Part shown: positions 57,031 through 64,000 of the stretch, in pieces
Position numbering within the stretch: position 1 is the first letter of the stretch
Layout: every line of letters begins with the position of its first letter
Assembly: GCA_017480385.1 (NCBI GenBank)
Contig: JAFVAT010000007.1
Location: forward strand, 26,334-90,333
Reading direction: 5' to 3'
Origin: Alphaproteobacteria bacterium
Lineage (GTDB): Bacteria > Pseudomonadota > Alphaproteobacteria > CAAGCB01 > CAG-977
Length of the DNA: 64,000 nt
Translations under genes and position numbers: made by a program
Notes under the pieces: generated by a model
Seen by the model: only the letters and a program-made list of their open reading frames with translations
Told to the model about the DNA's origin: nothing
Database searches by the model: none

Positions 57031-60000
57031 TCAAAACAGGTATGCTAAAGAAAGAGAAAGATTCAAGGTTTCCGTATTCTTCGACAATCGTGTGCCGGCC
57101 CAAAAATGCGCCTGCAGGTTACGGGTCAGATTTGTTTTCAAGCCCAATCCGGCATTAAAATAGTCTTTATCCGTATCGGCGGACAGCGACGAAAAGGTTT
57201 CTTTGGCCGTATCCGCTAAAAAGTAAGCTGAGGAATGTATGGATTCGCCGCTTAAAATCCGCTGATAACCGATGTCAGCCGTTAAAACGGCCTGTGCAAA
57301 AGTATAGCCCAACGTTAATCCGGGAGAAACGCTGACAGACGTATTGTTTAAAGCATTAACGCCCAGTGCCATAAAGGAAGATCCTTTTTCTTCATAGGCT
57401 TCCTGATGAATATAGTTGACATTTGCCGACAAATAGGAACGCAGATAAAAAGAATGATCACGATACGGCAAGCGCATGAAATCGTATCCTAAATTAACAT
57501 CAAATTCTGCGGAATAACCGTTAAATTTGCCGATACTGACCGTATCATAGCCTGCCACCTGCTGATATCTGGACGATTTATACTGCTGCACCCCGCCCAT
57601 AAGCAGCGTATTCAGAGTAACGGCCCCATATCTGGAGCCGGTATAAATCCCGGCCCGATAATCTTTCAGGTTGATTTCATTGCCGTCCTGCCGCAAAGAG
57701 GCCGAGGCCATGCCCGTTGTCAATCCAATTAACAGTCTGTCGGATACTTCATAATCATAACCGATCATGGCTCCGATCGTTTTAGTTTTAATATCGCCCT
57801 GATTAACGGCTGAATCACCGTCTTCCGTTGTCCAGCCACCCAGCATTTGTCCCCATATCTTTTGATTTTGAGCCATATCGCCTCCGGACCGTCCGCGATA
57901 GTATTTTCCCTGATACTGCTGCATGGGAACATACGGCTGGTGAACAGCAGCTGCATCTCTGGTCATCATATTGGAAAACAAATGCGCGTGAACCTGTGAC
58001 GCCATAACTTTGGTTAAAGGCAACTTTTCGGTCTGAACGGGGCGCACTTTGGAACGCAGAATATTAACCTGTTCTCTTAAATTTTCGCCGCCATAATAAT
58101 AAAACAGACTGAAATCTTCTTTTTCTTCATCGATATACAGTCTGTCAAACAGGCCGAGAACCTGCCGTTCTTCAGACGAAAAATAATTTGTAGAATCCGA
58201 TTGAGTCATACGCAAATATTCAACGTCCATATCTATTCTGTTGCTTTTTTGCATCGGCGTTGCGGTAATAAACGGCGAAAGATATGTCAAAGGCTCAAAA
58301 TTATCAAAGGCCGTCAGCGTATTAAAACGAATAACCGTATACGTTTTCCCATTTCTGTAAATGTTATTTTGATCGGCCAGAGTCAATTTCCCGCCCGTAA
58401 TATTCAAAGTATCAACCGTCATTGCCGCCATTTCATTGCCGGACGCCGTTAAAACAATATTCCCCGCGGAATTCAGCGTACTTATTGACAAAGAAGTCGC
58501 CGCAGATCCCTGCGCACTGCTGTTGACAGTCCCCGCAATTGTTCCGAAGCCGGAGAGGCTGCCGTCATTTTCCACTGTTCCGGAAACATCAATCGTCGTC
58601 GTGTTCGCAACAATCATTTTTCCTGTTGAGGCATTATTCAGCGTTCCGTTTAATTGGCTGTTCCCTATGACGGAAACGGTTGCTTCGTTATCCAAAGTGC
58701 CGGAAAATACTCCGGACTCCGCAAAATTAAAAACATTCTGATTCGAAAAGGAACTGCCCGCAGTAAACGTTCCCTGTGTTACCGAAAAAGTTCCCGTATT
58801 TGTAACGTCTCCCGCTGCCGTACCGTCGACAACAACGGCTGTTCCCCGGTTCACAATCGTATTATTGACAGCACCGCCGTTTATTCGCAGTGCCCCGCCT
58901 GAATTAACCGTCAAAGCGCCGTCAATCGTTCCTCCGGTCATTGCGAACGTGCCGCCGTCCACGACAACTCCGCTCACCAAACTGCCGGACAAGGCCAGCG
59001 TGCCGGCCTCCACAACGGACACTCCAGTGAAGGTATTGCCGCCGGATAATGTTAATGTTCCTTCGCCCTTCTTTTTCAATCCGACACTTGCCGTTGTACT
59101 TCCCGATACGGATTGTTTTTCTGAAATACCATGGCTCCACGTGCTGTCATAGCCCGCCGTATCGACGCTGTAAAAGAACTGCTCCTGATCGGAATCATAA
59201 TCCGAAGAGGTCAGTCTCTGCACATCAAAATATTTCGGACCTTTAACCGCATCGCCGGCATTAACCAACCCTTGTCCGAAAACATCTTCAAAAGTCACAG
59301 AACTGCACGTTGCCTGCGAACAGTCAATGCCAGCTTCATTAACGGCTTCTTCATACGTCATTTCATCGGTATTGTCCGTAAAAAATAAAAACCGCGTGCC
59401 ATCGCTGCCTTCCTGAATCATATAGGGACTGAGTTCCAAATCGTCCTTTTTAAAGGCCGTTGAAAACAAGACATCGGCTATTTGCTTGCCGCCCATATAT
59501 GGAAAGGCCTCCTGCACCAAAGCCGCCGTACCGGAAACAATCGGCGCCGCCATGGATGTACCGTCAGCTGAAGCATACGCAGGAGTTTCGGTTTCCGTAT
59601 CATAGAGTATTGTAGAATAAAATGTTCCCGGAGCCGCTATTGTCCATTCCTGTGCCCCTGATGCCAAATTAGAAAAACTGCTGATAAAGTTTTTATCGCT
59701 AGGCAATTTGCTTGCATCATAGGCAACAACGCTGATCAGATTGCTTTTTAAAGATGAATCCTGTGCCGCGATGCCTGCCGGAAAAGCATTCGGCGCCAAA
59801 GCTGTTTCATTACCTGCACTGGCAATGATCAGCTTGTCTTTGGCGGCAAGTTTTTGAACAATGGAAACTCTTTCTTGCATTTGTTCATCTGAAAGCTCAT
59901 CAATTCCCCAGCTGTTATTAATGATTTTAACTTCATCATACTCATCTTCCAACAATGTTTCCCAAGATGTTGACCATTTCAAACAATTAGAAGAATCTTC

Positions 60001-60420
60001 ACACCCGTCTGTTAAATAAACGGCAAAAGGAAAAAGCGCCGCGTTATAAGCAACGCCATGCATGCCGACATCATTTTTTTTCGCGGCAATAATGCCTGCC
60101 GTATGTGTTCCGTGCGAACTGCTGTACTGATTAAATTCGGAATTATATAAAGCGCTCAGCTGATTGACTAAATCTATGTGATCCGCAAATGTTCCGCTGT
60201 CAACAAGGGCGACGGTCACCCCTTGCCCCGAAAATCCCGTATAAGCATTTCCGTCACTGCCCGTATATGCTTTATCCAGCCCGATTGCGCTGAACGCCGC
60301 CCCGTTAGCCGTATATTCGTCATTGTTATATTCGGCAGAAACAGTATTAGTATATTCTGCCCATGCCGGTACAGCATAGCCGCAGAACAAAAGAGCATAG
60401 AGCAATAATTGTTTTTTCAT
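57031..60420 (-). CDS. Subtilase (S8) serine protease autotransporter, paralog
   Basis: Triad LVDSG, SHGTHTAG, GTSMAAP; KKGEGTLTLSGGNTFTG; beta-barrel ending LAYLF. Confidence 0.92.
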   Translation of the reverse strand: MKKQLLLYALLFCGYAVPAWAEYTNTVSAEYNNDEYTANGAAFSAIGLDKAYTGSDGNAYTGFSGQGVTVALVDSGTFADHIDLVNQLSALYNSEFNQYSSSHGTHTAGIIAAKKNDVGMHGVAYNAALFPFAVYLTDGCEDSSNCLKWSTSWETLLEDEYDEVKIINNSWGIDELSDEQMQERVSIVQKLAAKDKLIIASAGNETALAPNAFPAGIAAQDSSLKSNLISVVAYDASKLPSDKNFISSFSNLASGAQEWTIAAPGTFYSTILYDTETETPAYASADGTSMAAPIVSGTAALVQEAFPYMGGKQIADVLFSTAFKKDDLELSPYMIQEGSDGTRFLFFTDNTDEMTYEEAVNEAGIDCSQATCSSVTFEDVFGQGLVNAGDAVKGPKYFDVQRLTSSDYDSDQEQFFYSVDTAGYDSTWSHGISEKQSVSGSTTASVGLKKKGEGTLTLSGGNTFTGVSVVEAGTLALSGSLVSGVVVDGGTFAMTGGTIDGALTVNSGGALRINGGAVNNTIVNRGTAVVVDGTAAGDVTNTGTFSVTQGTFTAGSSFSNQNVFNFAESGVFSGTLDNEATVSVIGNSQLNGTLNNASTGKMIVANTTTIDVSGTVENDGSLSGFGTIAGTVNSSAQGSAATSLSISTLNSAGNIVLTASGNEMAAMTVDTLNITGGKLTLADQNNIYRNGKTYTVIRFNTLTAFDNFEPLTYLSPFITATPMQKSNRIDMDVEYLRMTQSDSTNYFSSEERQVLGLFDRLYIDEEKEDFSLFYYYGGENLREQVNILRSKVRPVQTEKLPLTKVMASQVHAHLFSNMMTRDAAAVHQPYVPMQQYQGKYYRGRSGGDMAQNQKIWGQMLGGWTTEDGDSAVNQGDIKTKTIGAMIGYDYEVSDRLLIGLTTGMASASLRQDGNEINLKDYRAGIYTGSRYGAVTLNTLLMGGVQQYKSSRYQQVAGYDTVSIGKFNGYSAEFDVNLGYDFMRLPYRDHSFYLRSYLSANVNYIHQEAYEEKGSSFMALGVNALNNTSVSVSPGLTLGYTFAQAVLTADIGYQRILSGESIHSSAYFLADTAKETFSSLSADTDKDYFNAGLGLKTNLTRNLQAHFWAGTRLSKNTETLNLSLSLAYLF

Positions 60421-60596
60421 TATCCGTCCGAACAGAAGATATTTTTTTCATCAGTATAAAGACAAAGAATATAAAAAATCCTTAAAAATAAGACTTTCCT
60501 TCACTCTTTTGACATTTTTTCGATAAAGAGATTTCCCGATATTTTGAAAAAAAACTTGATATGGCAAAGCAAACAGTTTAAAAAATTCAGCAGAGT

Positions 60597-60673
60597 GGTC
60601 TCGTAGCTCAGCTGGATAGAGCAACAGCCTTCTAAGCTGTGGGTCCCGCGTTCGAATCGCGGCGAGATCACCA
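60597..60673 (+). tRNA. tRNA-Arg (anticodon TCT), CCA encoded
   Basis: Acceptor GGTCTCG/CGAGATC, D-arm TAGCTCAGCTGGATAGAGC, anticodon stem ACAGC-CTTCTAA-GCTGT, TTCGAAT loop. Confidence 0.97.
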
Positions 60674-60716
60674 AAAAAAACTCCCTGACGGACTTTCTTG
60701 TCAGGGTGTTTTTTTT
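60674..60716 (+). terminator. tRNA terminator
   Basis: CCCTGAC-loop-GTCAGGG followed by TG and T8. Confidence 0.8.
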
Positions 60717-60736
60717 CAGGTGAGCTCATCGTGAGA

Positions 60737-60829
60737 GAACGCGGGAGACGCGTTTGGTGAGCTTTGCGAACGACGCCGACAGGCGGGGCGCCAGCCCCGA
60801 GCGAAAGCGAACAATCGCGGCGGGATCAC
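60737..60829 (+). repeat. tRNA-derived structured element ending in a duplicated tRNA 3' end
   Basis: 60813-60829 matches tRNA 60655-60671 at 16/17; 60737-60746 is the exact reverse complement of tRNA 60644-60653. Confidence 0.7.
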
Positions 60830-60956
60830 GAAAGGACATATAAGTTTGAACACTGTTCTTTTAATCGTACCAAGAACAAGCCTTAATCTCCTTTGTACCG
60901 GTAGCAGAGCCCAATCTCTGTCAGGAAAAATTTAAGTCCGTTGCGTTGTTGTCTTG

Positions 60957-61394
60957 TCATAAAAAAGTCAGAACCTCATCGACATGACCGGCAACTTTAA
61001 CTTTTCGCCACTCTTTAACAACGGCGCCGTCGATATCTAGCAGAAACGTAGACCGGATAATGCCGAAATATTTTTTGCCATACATTGACTTTTCACCCCA
61101 GGCGCCAAACTGCTCCGCTAAAACATGATCCGGATCAGACAGCAAAATAAAATTCAGGCCATGCTTCTGTTTAAAAGACAGATGACTTTTCACACTGTCG
61201 GGACTGACGCCGATGACAACCGCTTTACCGGCAAGACGGTTCATTGAATCCCGAAAATCGCATGCTTCGCGCGTACAGCCGGACGTATTGTCTTTTGGAT
61301 AAAAATATAAAACAACGCGCTGTCCTTTAAAATCGTCCAACGCATAATCCCGTTGCGTACCATTGGCATCAATCCCCTGAAAAACAGTGTCCAT
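60957..61394 (-). CDS. bcp: Peroxiredoxin Bcp/PrxQ
   Basis: VLYFYPKDNTSGCTREACDFRD, GVSPDS, RSTFL. Confidence 0.95.
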   Translation of the reverse strand: MDTVFQGIDANGTQRDYALDDFKGQRVVLYFYPKDNTSGCTREACDFRDSMNRLAGKAVVIGVSPDSVKSHLSFKQKHGLNFILLSDPDHVLAEQFGAWGEKSMYGKKYFGIIRSTFLLDIDGAVVKEWRKVKVAGHVDEVLTFL

Positions 61395-61414
61395 TTTTTC
61401 CGCTCCTTTCCATA

Positions 61415-62569
61415 TCAATCGTCATATGCTCCCCGGCGACCGATTTGGACATCTCTGTTGACATTAACGCACTCGACCAAACCAAAAGAAAACATTAATG
61501 TCAGCATCACCGTCCCGCCGTAAGAAATCATCGGTAAAGGCACTCCGACAACCGGCAGCAATCCCATAACCATGGCGATATTAATAAATACATATAAAAA
61601 TAAGTTCATTGTCAGTCCTAACGCTAGCAGCCGCCCAAAAAAGCTGGAAGATCTGAACGCAATCACATATCCGTAAAAAATCAATGCCAGATAAAGCAGC
61701 AGCAAAGAAACCGAACCGACTAACCCGAACTCTTCCGCCAGAACGGTAAAAATAAAGTCAGTATGCTTTTCCGGCAAAAAATTTAACCGGCTTTGCGTCC
61801 CCTGCAAAAAACCTTTGCCAAAAATACCGCCGGATCCCAAGGTAATCTTGGACTGTAAAATATGATACCCTTTTCCTAACGGGTCACGTTCCGGATCTAA
61901 AAATGTAAAAACACGTTCTTTTTGATAATCATGCAGAAAACGCCACCCGATCGGAATGGAAATCAATCCCGCAGCACCTAAAGCTGCAAATTTCCACATT
62001 TGAACGCCTACCAGAAAGAATAAAGACAGCGACGCCGCTCCCATTAAAACCGCTGTTCCCAAATCGGGCTGCTTTAAAACCAATACAACCGGCAGCAAAA
62101 CCATAAAAGACGGCATAATCATATAAGAAATGCTTGTGATTTCCTGCTGAGAACTGCCATGAAAATATCGGGCAAGCGCCAAAATCAAAGCAATTTTCAT
62201 CAATTCTGACGGCTGAACTCTGATAATGCCCAAATTCAGCCACCTTTGCGCCCCCATGGCATCGTGACCGAAAAACTCAACGATGAACAGCATAATAACA
62301 GCCGCAATATAAAATAAATAAGCGTACTTCAGCCAAAAGCGCAAATCTATCATCGCTGCAGCGAAAGCCACTGCACAGCCTAGCCAAAAACGCGCAAACT
62401 GTTTGCTGGCCCAAGGATTCCAATTCCCGTTCGCAGCCGCATACAAAACAACAAATCCGGCGCCGGCAACCAAAAAAATCAAAAAGATATAGCACCAGCT
62501 TAAATGCATGAACCGTTCTTTTAACGTCATATCGGCATTGCGCATTCTGAATGGAGAAAGATTCCGCAT
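61415..62569 (-). CDS. rodA: Rod shape-determining protein RodA
   Basis: GAQRWL..G.IRVQPSE, QPDLGT, LPEKHTDFIF, PMISYGG. Confidence 0.97.
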   Translation of the reverse strand: MRNLSPFRMRNADMTLKERFMHLSWCYIFLIFLVAGAGFVVLYAAANGNWNPWASKQFARFWLGCAVAFAAAMIDLRFWLKYAYLFYIAAVIMLFIVEFFGHDAMGAQRWLNLGIIRVQPSELMKIALILALARYFHGSSQQEITSISYMIMPSFMVLLPVVLVLKQPDLGTAVLMGAASLSLFFLVGVQMWKFAALGAAGLISIPIGWRFLHDYQKERVFTFLDPERDPLGKGYHILQSKITLGSGGIFGKGFLQGTQSRLNFLPEKHTDFIFTVLAEEFGLVGSVSLLLLYLALIFYGYVIAFRSSSFFGRLLALGLTMNLFLYVFINIAMVMGLLPVVGVPLPMISYGGTVMLTLMFSFGLVECVNVNRDVQIGRRGAYDD

Positions 62570-62570
62570 G

Positions 62571-64000
62571 TCACACGCTCCCGGCTGAAATATTCTTTTT
62601 CGGATTTTTCGGCGGCTGAGAGGAAGGATCCAGTTTTAAAACAGCCTCCATAATCGATTTTGCAATCGGAGCCGCCGTTTTTGCGCCGCCGCCGCCGTGT
62701 TCGATAACAACGGCTAAAGCATAGCGCGGATTATCCGTCGGTCCGAAAGACACAAACAAAGCGTGGTTTCTTTCCTCCCACGGAATATCGTCCTGACCGC
62801 GCATGCCTTGTTCGCGTTCTTTCATCGAAATCCGCTTGACTTGCGTTGTGCCCGTTTTGCCGGCAATCAATTTGCCGCCGACATTAACGCGCGCGGGTTT
62901 TCCCGTTCCTTCGGAAGCGTTCACAACGTCAAACATACCTTCCCGCATTAATTGCAAATGTGCTTTGGAAAGATTTAAGTTTTCCCCCAAACAAACGGAA
63001 GGAGAACGATTTTCCGGCACAATTACTGTCGGCTTGACCTTATAACCGTCGTTAGCCAAAATTGCCGTCATAACCGCTAATTGAATCGGCGTTGTTAAAA
63101 TGTATCCCTGCCCGATTCCCGCATTATACGTATCTCCCTGCAGCCATTGTTCGCCTAAAATAACTTCTTTCCAACGGCGGGTCGGCATCAATCCCACCTT
63201 TTCACCGGGCAAATTAACGCCGGTTGACATTCCCAAGCCAAATCGCTTGGCCATTGCCGCAATTTTATCAATCCCTGTTCGGCGGGCGACTTCATAAAAG
63301 TAAATATCACAGGAGTGCATCAGCGCTTCTTTTAAATCGACATTGCCGTGACCGCTACCTTTCCAACAATGGAAGCGGTGCGATCCCATCATAATGTGAC
63401 CGCCGCAGAAGACTTTTGTATCAGGACGGATAACACCGGCCTCCAAAGCGGCCAAAGCAACAATCATTTTAAATGTCGAACCGGGAGAATATAAGCCGCC
63501 CAAGGCCTTATTCAACAACGCATTTTTTTCATTTGTGGAAATTTCTTTCCATTCTTCCGCCGTCAAACCCCGATTGAATTTGTTCGGATCAAAACTGGGA
63601 GTTGAAACCAAAGCCAATATTTCTCCGGTATAAATATCCAGCAAAACCGCCGCGCCGCTTTCATTTTTCATTTTTTTATAGGCGATATTCTGAATTCGCA
63701 TGTCAATCGTTAACGGCAAGGTTGTTCCGGGTATGCCTTCGTCACGTTCAATTTCGCGAATGACACGACCGACAGCATTGACTTCGACACGCTGCGCCCC
63801 CTCTTTGCCGCATAAGGCAGTATTGTATTCCAGTTCAATCCCCGATTTGCCAACGCGGAACCCCGGCAATTTCAAAAGCGGATTCCCCGAAGCGATTTCT
63901 TCTTCGGAAACAGCGCCGACATAGCCCAATAAATGGGCTGAAGCTTCTTTAAACGGATAGAAACGGCTTAACCCTTCATCAATGATGATACCCGGCAAAT
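62571..64000 (-). CDS. mrdA: Penicillin-binding protein 2 (partial, N-terminus outside window)
   Basis: SPGSTFK (SxxK), SCD (SxD), KTGT; upstream of rodA. Confidence 0.96.
   Translation of the reverse strand, partial: LPGIIIDEGLSRFYPFKEASAHLLGYVGAVSEEEIASGNPLLKLPGFRVGKSGIELEYNTALCGKEGAQRVEVNAVGRVIREIERDEGIPGTTLPLTIDMRIQNIAYKKMKNESGAAVLLDIYTGEILALVSTPSFDPNKFNRGLTAEEWKEISTNEKNALLNKALGGLYSPGSTFKMIVALAALEAGVIRPDTKVFCGGHIMMGSHRFHCWKGSGHGNVDLKEALMHSCDIYFYEVARRTGIDKIAAMAKRFGLGMSTGVNLPGEKVGLMPTRRWKEVILGEQWLQGDTYNAGIGQGYILTTPIQLAVMTAILANDGYKVKPTVIVPENRSPSVCLGENLNLSKAHLQLMREGMFDVVNASEGTGKPARVNVGGKLIAGKTGTTQVKRISMKEREQGMRGQDDIPWEERNHALFVSFGPTDNPRYALAVVIEHGGGGAKTAAPIAKSIMEAVLKLDPSSQPPKNPKKNISAGSV

Noticed and set aside
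53419-60420. Template/variable repeat or gene-conversion cassette between the two autotransporters
   Set aside because: Shared segments are diverged at synonymous positions without adenine-specific bias; ordinary paralogy explains them.
1-64000. CRISPR array, cas genes, rRNA, prophage, reverse transcriptase (retron/DGR)
   Set aside because: No regularly spaced repeats, rRNA-like sequence, phage structural genes or YxDD RT motif seen by eye or in the ORF track.

Overview
A 64-kb chromosomal segment of an alphaproteobacterium. The assignment rests on the alr-mlaE-mlaF-radA-cvpA gene order, carD/cdnL, fliO-fliP with a FlhB-like gene, a large-type NAD-GDH and two perfect CtrA boxes. The mix of accessory genes suggests a host- or gut-associated lineage (inference). 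The housekeeping backbone covers carD, tsaB/rimI, radA, mlaEF, alr, alaS, def-fmt-truA, tRNA-Arg(TCT), bcp, rodA and mrdA. Accessory blocks include a LysR/aldo-keto reductase/GNAT unit, two TolC-linked ABC efflux operons, a MarR-alcohol dehydrogenase cassette, and two AT-rich DUF6020-like membrane proteins next to an O-acetyltransferase and a MATE transporter. There is also a decayed defence/IS island (membrane-anchored PD-(D/E)xK nuclease, truncated adenine methylase, IS200 relic, and an IS3 element inserted in the loop of the carD terminator) and two tandem subtilase autotransporters. The most notable observations are: an alkaline-phosphatase-fold lipoprotein that has lost nearly all metal ligands, divergent from TolC-MacAB; a half-size large-type NAD-GDH; the nuclease-2TM gene; a 24-aa Tyr/Arg/Pro repeat in one autotransporter linker; an InsA-like Zn-ribbon/HTH gene heading an efflux operon; and a structured tRNA-derived element. 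No CRISPR array, rRNA or prophage was seen. Family calls come from motif recognition only; no database searches were run.
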